A stretch of 64,000 nucleotides of DNA from an uncultured virus (IMG/VR IMGVR_UViG_3300021425_000021) (IMGVR_UViG_3300021425_000021), one strand, 5' to 3'; counted from the first letter of the stretch, positions 8,830 through 18,401 are shown. The notes: a model not told the origin generated them from the sequence alone. A program made the numbers and translations.

Positions 8830-9300
8830 TTATTTATTAAAGCTGCTCACTACTCTTTTGATTTCTTCCTTTGGTATTTCTTGTTTTTGTACTAATTGAA
8901 TAGACGCAGCATCATAAATAATATAAACATCATGCTCAGGTATATGCCAATTAATATCTAAAACTGTGCCGGATTTACGCGGAATTGTATATTTTATGGC
9001 ATCATTATCATTACGTGTTTGCTTCCCAGTCTGAGATCCAATATCTTCAATACGAGAAGGAGTAAGTTTTACTGTATAGAGCCACGGCTTAGATCCCTTA
9101 GCGTCTTTTCGTTGTATTGCGCTTTTAGCATAATTGATTGCAACATCTTTATTCGTGGTAAAATATGCTCCACCGCCTCCGGCAACATCATTAATAGCAC
9201 GGCCACGATCAACCGTGAATTTATTAATGTCACTGGTATTTGTGCCGTGATAAGCAATGATAGAAGCTTGCTCATTGATTAATTCTTTGAATGATTTCAT
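8830..9300 (-). CDS. ADP-ribosyltransferase-like protein with a capsid-targeting-like N-terminus
   Basis: AYHGT, GGGAYFTT..VAINYA and LYTVKL ART strands. N-terminus MKSFKELINE. Confidence 0.7.
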   Translation of the reverse strand: MKSFKELINEQASIIAYHGTNTSDINKFTVDRGRAINDVAGGGGAYFTTNKDVAINYAKSAIQRKDAKGSKPWLYTVKLTPSRIEDIGSQTGKQTRNDNDAIKYTIPRKSGTVLDINWHIPEHDVYIIYDAASIQLVQKQEIPKEEIKRVVSSFNK

Positions 9301-9304
9301 GAAG

Positions 9305-9529
9305 CTAATAGCCTAGTCTTTTTTTGAGTTCGTTATATCCACCGATTGAATCATTATCAACTACAATTTGTGGCACAGTCTTTGCCTCAGGAAATAGCTC
9401 TAATAGCTCATTACGAGTAATATCAACCCCAACTACAATTTCATCATATGGTATTTGGCGCAATCTACAAAGGTTTTTTGCCTTTTCGCAAAATGAGCAA
9501 TCGGGTTTTGAATAAATTTTAACTTGCAT
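9305..9529 (-). CDS. nrdC: Glutaredoxin
   Basis: CSFC, TVPQI and IGGY motifs, adjacent to nrdB. Confidence 0.9.
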   Translation of the reverse strand: MQVKIYSKPDCSFCEKAKNLCRLRQIPYDEIVVGVDITRNELLELFPEAKTVPQIVVDNDSIGGYNELKKRLGY

Positions 9530-9543
9530 AATATTTCCTTATA

Positions 9544-9551
9544 TATTTATA
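9544..9551 (-). promoter_or_regulatory. T4 late promoter
   Basis: TATAAATA upstream of the glutaredoxin and ART genes. Confidence 0.7.
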
Positions 9552-10599
9552 ATGTAAATTCGCTAAGAGCGTTTTCAACGGAATCGTGATCGATACCACC
9601 ACCATCAAGGTATTCTTCAATTTCTGTTTCTTGTGGTGCTACTTGAACTGCTCCGCCTGAGATCCATGATTCGGTCCATGGAAGCGGATTAGATTTGCCT
9701 GGAGAATATGGTGATGTGAGTCCAACAGCTCTCATTCTCTTAGTGCCAATCCATTCTGCGTACGACTGAAGCATTGCAGCATTAAGACCAATCATTGTAC
9801 CATCTTTAAATAGATACTCAGCCCACGCTTTTTCTTGTTCAATAGCATCGATATAGATTTGTTGCGTTTCTTCTTTTAGTTCTTCGGCGATAGCTGCAAA
9901 CTCAGGATCGTCTTTTGGTAGTTGCTTGAGTATAGCAGTCGAAATAGCAAGGTGGATATTCTCATCTCGCGCAATAAGCTTGATGATCTTAGCATTACCT
10001 TCCATCTTCTTAAGCTCGGCAAACGCCCATGAGCATGCGAACGATACATAGAACCGAATGCCCTCAAGTGCATTGACTGAATTCATACATAGCCACAAAG
10101 CACGTTTATCTGGAGCATCAATAAGTTTATCATAGTACTTCGAGATGTCATCAGCACACTCGACGATCTCAGGAATGTCGAGCATCGTATCGAACACAAC
10201 CGATGGGTCAGCATAAACGTTTCTTATGATGTGCGTATAGGATCTACTATGAATTGTTTCGAAGAATTCCCATGTAATGAGCGCCGTTTCAAGCTCGGGG
10301 AGTGATACGATGGGTCCAAAAGCTGCAACAGGTCCTCGTCCCTGTACCGAGTCGAGGAGGATTTGTCGTTTGAGATTTGAAGTAAAAATGTGTCTTTCAT
10401 GGTCTGTAAGCTTGTCAAAATCAATTTTATCCTTTTCAAGGTTAACCTCTTCTGGACGCCAAAAGAGGCTTAACATTTTATCATTCTGTTTTTCAAACTG
10501 AGAATACTTTACTCGGTCATATCGTTGAACATCAACCGGTTCATCGAAAAACATAGTACGCTCTAGATGAGATTTGTTTGCTTTTTTAAATACTGTCAT
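9547..10599 (-). CDS. nrdB: Ribonucleotide reductase class Ia beta subunit
   Basis: FWRPEE, LLDSVQGR, ETIHSRSY, EGIRFY, RDENIH. Start reassigned to MTVFKK. Confidence 0.97.
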   Translation of the reverse strand: MTVFKKANKSHLERTMFFDEPVDVQRYDRVKYSQFEKQNDKMLSLFWRPEEVNLEKDKIDFDKLTDHERHIFTSNLKRQILLDSVQGRGPVAAFGPIVSLPELETALITWEFFETIHSRSYTHIIRNVYADPSVVFDTMLDIPEIVECADDISKYYDKLIDAPDKRALWLCMNSVNALEGIRFYVSFACSWAFAELKKMEGNAKIIKLIARDENIHLAISTAILKQLPKDDPEFAAIAEELKEETQQIYIDAIEQEKAWAEYLFKDGTMIGLNAAMLQSYAEWIGTKRMRAVGLTSPYSPGKSNPLPWTESWISGGAVQVAPQETEIEEYLDGGGIDHDSVENALSEFTL

Positions 10600-10605
10600 A
10601 TATCT

Positions 10606-10634
10606 ATTATATCCCTTTATGAGTCTTTTGTACA
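10606..10634 (-). promoter_or_regulatory. Leaderless early promoter of nrdB
   Basis: TGTACA-17-TATAAT-6nt-ATG. Confidence 0.75.
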
Positions 10635-10635
10635 C

Positions 10636-12912
10636 TTATATTGTGCATGAATCACAAACTTCTTCTTCAGCGATAGGTCCATCATCATCTGGAATTGAAG
10701 CATCCTCAACTTTAGTTGGAGCAGGATTAGCATAATAAAGAGTCTTTAGTCCATATTTATAGGCGTATAGTGTATCAGTCATTAGCTGAGACATTGGTAT
10801 TTTATTACCTTCAAAATGCTCAGGGTTATGACTAGTATTAAATGAACCAGCTTGGTCCATAAACTTTTGAAGAACAGCGCAGACTGCGAGATAGTCTTGA
10901 ACGTTTTGATCCCAACGTAAGTCATATACGTTCTTTAGTTTTTGAATCTCAGGAACGACCTGAGCAAGAGTACCATGCTTCGACTTCTTTTTAGTAACAA
11001 GCTCAGGCGGTGGCTCAATACCATTCGTAGCATTTGAAATTTGAGCAGAAGTTTCTGAAGGCATAAGAGCCATAAGTGTTGAATTACGAACACCGGAAGT
11101 GCGAGCTCGATCTCTTAAAGCTTCCCAATCTAAATGATATTCGGGGCTAACGAGCTCATCAACAGATTTTTTATAAGTATCAATCGGAAAAATGCCATCT
11201 GCGTATTTAGTTTCATCTGAAGCAGTGCATGCACCTTGCTCTTCGGCTAAGTCAATTGATGCTTCAATTAGATAATATGACCAAGCTTCAGCGTATTCGT
11301 GAATTGTAGCTAAAGCTTCTTTATCATATTTCAAACCACGTTTTGCGAGGAAATACGCAAAGTTAATAATTCCCACACCAAGTGGTCTGCGCTTCTCGGT
11401 AGAAATTTTAGCAGCTTTAATAGGATAGTCTTGATAACTAAGTAATGCGTCTAAGCCACGAACAGCTAAAGTACATACCTCTTTAAAATCTTCGGGATCA
11501 TTAATGATACCCCAATTAATAGCGCTTAATGTACATAGAGCTATTTCGCCATTCTCATCATTGATATCCTGAAATGGATTTGTAGGCAGAGTAATTTCTG
11601 TACACAGATTTGTCATTTTAACAGGAACTTTAAATGATGAGTGCGTGTTTACATGATCAGCAAAGAAAATATAGATACGTCCTGTTTCTTGGCGTTCTGT
11701 CAAAATGGCAGAAAAATATTCTCGAGCACTAATTGACTTTTTACGAATAGATCTACTTCGCTCATACTTTTCGTATAGGTTTTTAAACTTTATAGTATTT
11801 TGATCGTAAAATGCTTGATATAAATCTGGCACATCATTTGGCGAAAATAATGTAATTTTTCCATCAGCTAATACTCTTTCTAAAAAGAAACCGTTGAGAT
11901 GAATACAATAGTCCATATCACGAATACGAGTTTCAAAAGTGCCTTTGTTATTTTTTAGAACGAGTAGATCTTCAGCTTCATAGTGCCAGAATGGATAATT
12001 GATAGTAGCACTTGCACCACGTATTCCACCTTGAGAGCATGACTTAAGAGCACCACGAAAGTATCTCCAAAAGGGAACAACGCCAGTATGCACAATTTCG
12101 CCTTGGCCAACCTTAGAACCTACAGCGCGAATTGCGCCGCCGTTTACGCCAATTCCAGCGCGCTTAGCAGCATATGTGCCAATAGCAGTTCCTGTCGAAA
12201 AAATAGATGGTAGCGAGTCACCAGACTCAATGAGAACGCAAGATGAGAACTGACGAGTGTTAGTACGTGCGCCAGCCATAATGGGCGTTGGCAATGATAT
12301 CTTAAACGTAGAGATGGCATCATAATAGCGCTTGACCCAACCAATACGATTATTATCAACATCATAACCCGAAAATAAAGTCATTGCAACAAGCATATAA
12401 AGAACTTGTGGTGTTTCAAAATAATCGCCGGTTGAACGATCCTGTAGGAGATACTTACCCCTAAATTGTTCCATACCAGCAAAGGCAAAGTTATCATCTC
12501 TATGATGCTTAATATACGATTGAGCCTTTTCCCACTCTTCATCGGTATAAATTTCTAGGAGAGCTGGATCATATAAGCCAAGATTGACATTCTTTTCTAC
12601 AATATGGCGTAAAATAGGAGGTTCATAATCACCATATACTATTTTACGTAGATTATAATTAATGAGGCGCGCCGCAACATATTGATAGTTTGGAGTCTCT
12701 TCAGAAATAAGCTCTGACGCGGATTTGATTAATAATTCATGGATATCGTTAGCTAAAATTCCATCATATAGTTGAATATTTGCACGTAATTCGATTTCTG
12801 ATATTGAAACACCGGTTAAACCTTCACATGCCCACTCAAGTACTCGGTGAATTTTATCCAATGAAATTGGTTCTAATTCGCCGGATCTTTTTTTAACATT
12901 TAATATTACCAT
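10636..12912 (-). CDS. nrdA: Ribonucleotide reductase class Ia alpha subunit
   Basis: ATP cone (VKKRSG), QFSSC, TNLCTEI, KTLYY and C-terminal CDSC. Confidence 0.98.
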   Translation of the reverse strand: MVILNVKKRSGELEPISLDKIHRVLEWACEGLTGVSISEIELRANIQLYDGILANDIHELLIKSASELISEETPNYQYVAARLINYNLRKIVYGDYEPPILRHIVEKNVNLGLYDPALLEIYTDEEWEKAQSYIKHHRDDNFAFAGMEQFRGKYLLQDRSTGDYFETPQVLYMLVAMTLFSGYDVDNNRIGWVKRYYDAISTFKISLPTPIMAGARTNTRQFSSCVLIESGDSLPSIFSTGTAIGTYAAKRAGIGVNGGAIRAVGSKVGQGEIVHTGVVPFWRYFRGALKSCSQGGIRGASATINYPFWHYEAEDLLVLKNNKGTFETRIRDMDYCIHLNGFFLERVLADGKITLFSPNDVPDLYQAFYDQNTIKFKNLYEKYERSRSIRKKSISAREYFSAILTERQETGRIYIFFADHVNTHSSFKVPVKMTNLCTEITLPTNPFQDINDENGEIALCTLSAINWGIINDPEDFKEVCTLAVRGLDALLSYQDYPIKAAKISTEKRRPLGVGIINFAYFLAKRGLKYDKEALATIHEYAEAWSYYLIEASIDLAEEQGACTASDETKYADGIFPIDTYKKSVDELVSPEYHLDWEALRDRARTSGVRNSTLMALMPSETSAQISNATNGIEPPPELVTKKKSKHGTLAQVVPEIQKLKNVYDLRWDQNVQDYLAVCAVLQKFMDQAGSFNTSHNPEHFEGNKIPMSQLMTDTLYAYKYGLKTLYYANPAPTKVEDASIPDDDGPIAEEEVCDSCTI

Positions 12913-12966
12913 AAATTACCCCATCAGAAAGAAATGAGCACAGTATGAATACCATGCTCATTATTT

Positions 12967-12995
12967 ATTATATACTAATTATGCTAGAAAGTAAA
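12967..12995 (-). promoter_or_regulatory. Early promoter of nrdA
   Basis: GTTTACT-17-TATAAT. Confidence 0.8.
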
Positions 12996-13005
12996 CAATT
13001 ATTTT

Positions 13006-13614
13006 TTAATTGGCGGCAATACCTGTTTCACGACGACGCTGACGGTGAATGGCATTAACCATGCCACGCTTATCATTTTTGTTGGTTTTTTTGGCACTAT
13101 CAAATTTTTTATCATAGAGTTTAGTGCCAACTTCCCCTAGTTCTTTTGCGCTGAGCTCATTGGATAATTTCTCAAGCGCAGCATTGAACTTGTCACTGTC
13201 AAGATGAACATCTGCAAGGCGATTAGCAGCCTTTGTAATCTTATCCTTAAACAGTCCAAACATTTCATTTGGCCCTTCAGCTTTTTCAGCTTCTGCAGAG
13301 GCCTTTTTCATTGGCTCTTCTGTGTCGCCATCTTTATCAAGATCTAGAAAGTCTGGCTTTCCTTCTGTCGTGACACCCCTTAATAGATAAACACGCGCCG
13401 CATCATAAAGTTCTTCGGGATCGCAACCACATTTTTCAGCTACTCCAGCTACGTTCATAGCAAGATATTTATTAATTGCCTCTTCATTTTTTGGTCCTTC
13501 ATAAGAAGTAACAAGCATATCCCAAGCGTGCTCTAATGGATCTTTAGACCTATTATTAACCTCATTGACGGCTTCTAAAAGCGCCATATATGTTTTTGTT
13601 TTACTGTTAGGCAT
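13006..13614 (-). CDS. Hypothetical late protein with an EF-hand-like loop (possible internal head protein)
   Basis: KPDFLDLDKDGDTEEPMKKA. N-terminus paralogous to the neighbouring gene. Confidence 0.6.
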   Translation of the reverse strand: MPNSKTKTYMALLEAVNEVNNRSKDPLEHAWDMLVTSYEGPKNEEAINKYLAMNVAGVAEKCGCDPEELYDAARVYLLRGVTTEGKPDFLDLDKDGDTEEPMKKASAEAEKAEGPNEMFGLFKDKITKAANRLADVHLDSDKFNAALEKLSNELSAKELGEVGTKLYDKKFDSAKKTNKNDKRGMVNAIHRQRRRETGIAAN

Positions 13615-13620
13615 TAGTTT

Positions 13621-14175
13621 TTACCTTTCCTCAAGGTTTTCGCCAAGCTCTTTAATTTTAGCTGAATACGTTTTATACATACGTACTAAGTGTTTGTAAT
13701 AGGGATCATTTTCGATCTCTTCAACTTTGGCCTCGAGTTCATCCTTTGACAATTTGTCTGCTGTCACGCTTGGAAATAAATCTGGTTCTACGCGTTCGCT
13801 ATGAACTGATTGAGCAGCTTCATTTGGCCCTTCAGCGTCGTCCGCATCGCCAGTATAAGATGGCTCAAGACCACCCGACGGTATATCCATCATCCTCGTC
13901 GCTATCTTATCAAGATCAATGCCAGCTTTTTTGAACGTCTGCTTGACCTGATCGCCAGAAATCAAGAGCGAATATAAAGAGTCATATAATCTATCTGCCT
14001 TTTGCTGGAGCTCTGAGTCCAGTGAAAACAAGCGGCCACGTATTTTGCCGTCTGCACCGCGCCGGCGTTCTTCGAACTGCGTGAATTCGTTAAGTGATTG
14101 CGAAGCTTTATCAGCGCCATTGACAGCGTTAAATGCTTCCATCAGAGCAATCATCTGCTTTGTTTTATTAGTCAT
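13621..14175 (-). CDS. Hypothetical late protein (possible internal head protein)
   Basis: Start at MTNKTKQMIALMEAFN. Late promoter at 14230-14237. Confidence 0.6.
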   Translation of the reverse strand: MTNKTKQMIALMEAFNAVNGADKASQSLNEFTQFEERRRGADGKIRGRLFSLDSELQQKADRLYDSLYSLLISGDQVKQTFKKAGIDLDKIATRMMDIPSGGLEPSYTGDADDAEGPNEAAQSVHSERVEPDLFPSVTADKLSKDELEAKVEEIENDPYYKHLVRMYKTYSAKIKELGENLEER

Positions 14176-14485
14176 TGTTTTTTCTTTCAGCATTACGACG
14201 CTTAGCGTCTTCGTTTATTATTATGATATTATTTATAATACTTTTGCACTTATCATGTGCTTCCCATAAGGGAAATACAAACTTTTCATTATAGTCTGTT
14301 TCGGTTTGTATTTCCAACATTTCTTCATCTGTTAAATTAGGAGCCAATGGACATTTCATTAAAATATCATCTGGTATAGTTACATAAACTGGAACCCTTT
14401 GAACTCTATCAATCGTAGGTTGTGGAGTTGATGCGCATGCACCTAAGCCCATAATAGCTAGAGATATAAATGCAAAATACTTCAT
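14168..14485 (-). CDS. Outer-membrane spanin (Rz1-like lipoprotein)
   Basis: Signal peptide with lipobox LGAC, Pro-rich, extra Cys, ATGA overlap with the i-spanin. Confidence 0.8.
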   Translation of the reverse strand: MKYFAFISLAIMGLGACASTPQPTIDRVQRVPVYVTIPDDILMKCPLAPNLTDEEMLEIQTETDYNEKFVFPLWEAHDKCKSIINNIIIINEDAKRRNAERKNND

Positions 14486-14877
14486 TGATCTTGATCCATT
14501 AAATTATCTAAGAAAAGTCGAGTCGTTGGGCTAATCTCTTCTCTTATTCGTCCTTCATCGGTCTCTTCTACTTGAGATTGAACCTCTCTTATTTCAGTGA
14601 TAACGCGATCACGAAATTCAACGCGTTCAATAATTTCTGGCTCAAAACCATCTACTATTTCTTGAAGAAGTCTTTCACGCTCTTGAAGATCTTGAACCTT
14701 TCTTTTTTCAAACGCCAACTCTTCTTCAAGTTGCGTTGTATTACATTGCTGAATAACTTCAGCGCGTATAGAATCAATATATCCGTTCCAGGCATTAACT
14801 GCCCAAACAGATCCTATTATAGCAACCATTCCACAACCAGCCATAATTAAAAGGCGGGGATTCATAAGACCAAACAT
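14482..14877 (-). CDS. Inner-membrane spanin (Rz-like)
   Basis: N-terminal TM plus coiled coil, immediately upstream of the lipoprotein. Confidence 0.75.
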   Translation of the reverse strand: MFGLMNPRLLIMAGCGMVAIIGSVWAVNAWNGYIDSIRAEVIQQCNTTQLEEELAFEKRKVQDLQERERLLQEIVDGFEPEIIERVEFRDRVITEIREVQSQVEETDEGRIREEISPTTRLFLDNLMDQDQ

Positions 14878-14881
14878 TATA

Positions 14882-15178
14882 CTATCTCTGCTGTAATTTT
14901 AACTCAAGTGCATTAATTTTAGATTGAAGTTCTAGGATTTTAGATTGAAGTTCTAGGATTTTTTCTTGGTGTGTCAAATTTTGTTTACGAAGTTCTTTAT
15001 TATCTGAGTTAAGTCGATCTATTTCTCTATACAAATCGTCTCTGAGCTCCCTACGTGATTCTTTTTGCGCCTTTTTATCTTCACGCGTAAGGCGCTTATA
15101 CGATAACCAACCACCGCTTATTGCGGTTAGTAATGAAATTGTTATGGTTGATATGACCTGAAATGCATCAAAGGACAT
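14882..15178 (-). CDS. Membrane-anchored coiled-coil protein (lysis-cassette associated)
   Basis: N-terminal TM and heptad repeats. Start reassigned to MSFDAFQ. Confidence 0.6.
   Translation of the reverse strand: MSFDAFQVISTITISLLTAISGGWLSYKRLTREDKKAQKESRRELRDDLYREIDRLNSDNKELRKQNLTHQEKILELQSKILELQSKINALELKLQQR
14916..14957. repeat. Perfect 21-bp tandem duplication (one heptad, KILELQS)
   Basis: attttagattgaagttctagg x2. Confidence 0.95.
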
Positions 15179-15446
15179 TATCTTCTCTCCAAAGCTTATA
15201 GGCAATAGACGAAACAATTGCAAAATTTAAAGGATCAATCATGTATGAAAGAAATCTATAATCAAACAAAAACCATATAATATGACTTATATTAGATGCT
15301 ATTAATAAAAAAATACAAAGGGTAAACTCTTCAACATAGTCTTCTACCATATCGGTATTTTTATTAATAGAATTCGCTATTGAAATAAACGAAATCAAAA
15401 TTAATAAATTAGGTATTACGGTAAGAAGTATTGAAGATATAGACAA
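15168..15446 (-). CDS. Small multi-TM membrane protein (holin candidate)
   Basis: 2-3 hydrophobic segments, located upstream of the spanins. Confidence 0.45.
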   Translation of the reverse strand: MSISSILLTVIPNLLILISFISIANSINKNTDMVEDYVEEFTLCIFLLIASNISHIIWFLFDYRFLSYMIDPLNFAIVSSIAYKLWREDNVL

Positions 15447-15449
15447 CGG

Positions 15450-16562
15450 CTACCCCTGAAATGGATTTAACTTTTCTAATGAAACGTAACGATATGAGGT
15501 ATGATCCTGCTGTAAATCACGAGAACAATTGCACGCGCCATTTTTGCATTTTTTACACGCTACTCCAATATCGCCGACAACTTCTGGGCTTGGAGATTGA
15601 CCACCTTCTATAGCGCCACCAACTGAAGTGCCCGGAGCATAGGAATCATTGAATTTAAAAAGTTTATCTGGAGCTCTTCGTCCAACAACATTTAATTCAT
15701 TAAACTCGTCTTGAAATGCTTTAATTTGCGAAAGCAATTCTTCGCGTTTATCTTTTTCTTGAATTTGATTAGCTTGGTTATAAAGGCTCTCAAGTTTACC
15801 TTCAATTTCGCCAGACAACTTAGCAATAGTTGTAAATACGCGGTTTGGAGTTTCACCTTCGTTTTCATCTAAATGTGTAAGTACATCTGCACCTACTTTA
15901 GAATCATCGGCCGGAGAGAATGGCTCTTGATTAGCATCTTCATAATCTTCATATTCTGAGGACGGTGTACCCTTTGGCTCTAGAATATCAATCTCTTCTT
16001 CTACGCCTGGAATATTTTCTGGTATATCATCAATAGTATCAGTTGGCTCATCATCAATAACATTTGATGGAGCTGGAACCTGCGCCATTGAGTCAAAGGT
16101 AATTTTCATTTCTTCATCATTCGGAATACGAAATGCTACTCCAAATGATCCTTCATTTGCTCTAGAGCTACACTTAAAAATACCACCATCTGCGCCTATA
16201 AAAGCGACTAGTACATCCAACTCTTTACCATCGCGTCTAGAACGAATTTCAAAGGCCTGCTTTCCAAAAGATTTATTTAACGCCTTTGTTAAATCAGAAG
16301 CCTTATCATTTACTCTATCGTAAATCGTATCGATTACATCAGCGCCTGGTGTCATTTTTAAACAACGGTATGGGCCTTCAATACCATGTTTATGAATATC
16401 ATATGAATCCGGATTAGCAACAATCGGAGATGTTAAATCATACCAAAACGACATCATTACATTAGTAAGATGGGCTGATAGTTTTTTTCCGCTCAATTGC
16501 TCTTCATTTAGCTGGTAAAAATCTTCTACCGATTTTAGTGGTTTTAAGTCGTGTGTTTTCAT
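15450..16562 (-). CDS. Hypothetical acidic late protein with a C-terminal Cys cluster
   Basis: 370-aa ORF with CKKCKNGACNC. Confidence 0.65.
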   Translation of the reverse strand: MKTHDLKPLKSVEDFYQLNEEQLSGKKLSAHLTNVMMSFWYDLTSPIVANPDSYDIHKHGIEGPYRCLKMTPGADVIDTIYDRVNDKASDLTKALNKSFGKQAFEIRSRRDGKELDVLVAFIGADGGIFKCSSRANEGSFGVAFRIPNDEEMKITFDSMAQVPAPSNVIDDEPTDTIDDIPENIPGVEEEIDILEPKGTPSSEYEDYEDANQEPFSPADDSKVGADVLTHLDENEGETPNRVFTTIAKLSGEIEGKLESLYNQANQIQEKDKREELLSQIKAFQDEFNELNVVGRRAPDKLFKFNDSYAPGTSVGGAIEGGQSPSPEVVGDIGVACKKCKNGACNCSRDLQQDHTSYRYVSLEKLNPFQG

Positions 16563-16918
16563 ATTCTTTCTAAGATCCTTGTAACAACCGGGTCGGCTTG
16601 TATATGTATGTACTCATCTGAATTGATATATTTCAGAAAAAGAAGACATGATTTAATTGCTGACCAATGTTCATTTTCTATCTTATATTCTAGTAAGTGT
16701 TTAAGAGCTTTCACTCCAAATAGGTTTTGTAGTATAATAATATGATTTAGAGTTAAACGTTCCGAAAAAACGCCAGTTTCTTTATAACGATTTAAAAGCT
16801 TTTTCAAATATTTAAATCGTTTTAAATCACTATAAAACTCATCCACATCCACACACTGTGGATTATTATAATGTTTATACGCGTAATGCGTAAAGTTTGA
16901 AGAATCTATAATAAGCAT
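16559..16918 (-). CDS. Conserved T4-like hypothetical protein
   Basis: YNNPQC...EFYSDLKRFKY..LNHIIILQNLFG motif, recalled from marine T4-like phages. Confidence 0.8.
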   Translation of the reverse strand: MLIIDSSNFTHYAYKHYNNPQCVDVDEFYSDLKRFKYLKKLLNRYKETGVFSERLTLNHIIILQNLFGVKALKHLLEYKIENEHWSAIKSCLLFLKYINSDEYIHIQADPVVTRILERI

Positions 16919-16936
16919 GACTTATTATTTATATTA

Positions 16937-17566
16937 TTAACTCGTGTATAGGCGATCAAATGTTTCGTTAGATACTTCTTCTTCATTCATATCTACTGGG
17001 TTGCCTAAAGCCGCAATAAACTGAGCTCTAACATTTTCATCATCAAATTCACTAAGCTCAGTCATAGCTTGACGAATTTGTTTTGCGGTAAATACATCAT
17101 CTTCCTTAGCTTGTCTAAGAGACTCGTTCATTTTCTGCGATGGAGCGACATTAACACCTGGCTCTTTAGCTTCTGGCACATCGATATCAATCATGAAGTA
17201 TTCATCATCTTCTTCGCCATTTGATCCCTTAGGATTTTTAAGAGCGTCATCTTTTAGCTTTTCAGCTTCTTCTTCGCCTTTAGATAGCTCTTTACCATAT
17301 GGTAAATCGCTACGCTCTTTTCTGGCAGTTTCTACATCGTGTGCATCTGTCGTCTTATCGACCTTAACTGCTTCGGCAGGATCTTTTACCTTTACCATTT
17401 TTTCATATGCAGTTTTTTCCATAATTCTAGCTGGCATATTTACATGCACAATTGGATGCTTTGCGATTGTGAAATAATCAACCGTCATCACATCGCCAGA
17501 TTGGCTAGCCTGAACATAATGCGCGCCATATGGCGTGTGTAAAGTACGTTCTTGTATAAGTTTCAT
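16937..17566 (-). CDS. Hypothetical acidic late protein
   Basis: Late promoter at 17600-17607 and GAGGA RBS. Confidence 0.65.
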   Translation of the reverse strand: MKLIQERTLHTPYGAHYVQASQSGDVMTVDYFTIAKHPIVHVNMPARIMEKTAYEKMVKVKDPAEAVKVDKTTDAHDVETARKERSDLPYGKELSKGEEEAEKLKDDALKNPKGSNGEEDDEYFMIDIDVPEAKEPGVNVAPSQKMNESLRQAKEDDVFTAKQIRQAMTELSEFDDENVRAQFIAALGNPVDMNEEEVSNETFDRLYTS

Positions 17567-17611
17567 ATGAATTAATTCCTCATAGAGATATTCTGTATCT
17601 ATTTATATTAT

Positions 17612-18358
17612 TTAGATTTTTATAATGTCTTTTGGCCAAAATCTTTTAGATTGGCCTTGTACATTTACGATGATAAAATTAGCACCAATTTCTTGAATAG
17701 TGCCTTCTTCTAGATTTTTTGTTTTTACTTTATCGCCTATTTCAAATATGCCAGAATAAAACTCTTCTCTAGTTGGCGCCCTTTCAAAAATAATAGGTGG
17801 ACGCTTTGGCAAATCAAATGAAAGTCTTATTGATTCAAAAAGTTCTTTAACATAATGCCTAGGTGTATTTGAAGGAAGATTTTTTGTAAACGTTTCTAAA
17901 TCTCCTTCTTTTGCAAAAGAAACCATATCACTTGATGATGTAACTACTGTCGAATGGTGTTCAGGATCCCTAACTCCACTTGACCAAACATCAAAGGATT
18001 CTTTCAAATTATTAGGATTTATTTGATGCGGAGCTCCAATATATATTACATTATTAAAATTATCATCAAGAAAGTTAGAAAATAATTTAGTTGATACTTG
18101 CTTCTCGACAATATATTTTTTATAGCGTGGAAAAATATTTTCAATAAAATATTTTCGTTTTTCCATAGTTAAAATTGAATTAGAATTATTATCAATGAAA
18201 ATGCGTAAAGGAAACTTATTTAAGTTTGCTAAGCGCGCAGCTTCATTAAACACAGTTTCATGACCAACAGAAGGTGGATCAAAGTTTCCTACTATAGCCA
18301 CAATACCAGGCCGTTTAATTGGATTATTATTTAAAAAATCAGTAAACCTATAACTCAT
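17612..18358 (-). CDS. Cytidylyltransferase-like (HIGH-motif) late protein
   Basis: GNFDPPSVGHE and SSSDM. Late promoter at 18387-18394. Confidence 0.75.
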   Translation of the reverse strand: MSYRFTDFLNNNPIKRPGIVAIVGNFDPPSVGHETVFNEAARLANLNKFPLRIFIDNNSNSILTMEKRKYFIENIFPRYKKYIVEKQVSTKLFSNFLDDNFNNVIYIGAPHQINPNNLKESFDVWSSGVRDPEHHSTVVTSSSDMVSFAKEGDLETFTKNLPSNTPRHYVKELFESIRLSFDLPKRPPIIFERAPTREEFYSGIFEIGDKVKTKNLEEGTIQEIGANFIIVNVQGQSKRFWPKDIIKI

Positions 18359-18401
18359 AACTAAACCCTATTCATAGAAGCATATCTATTTATAATATAC
18401 T

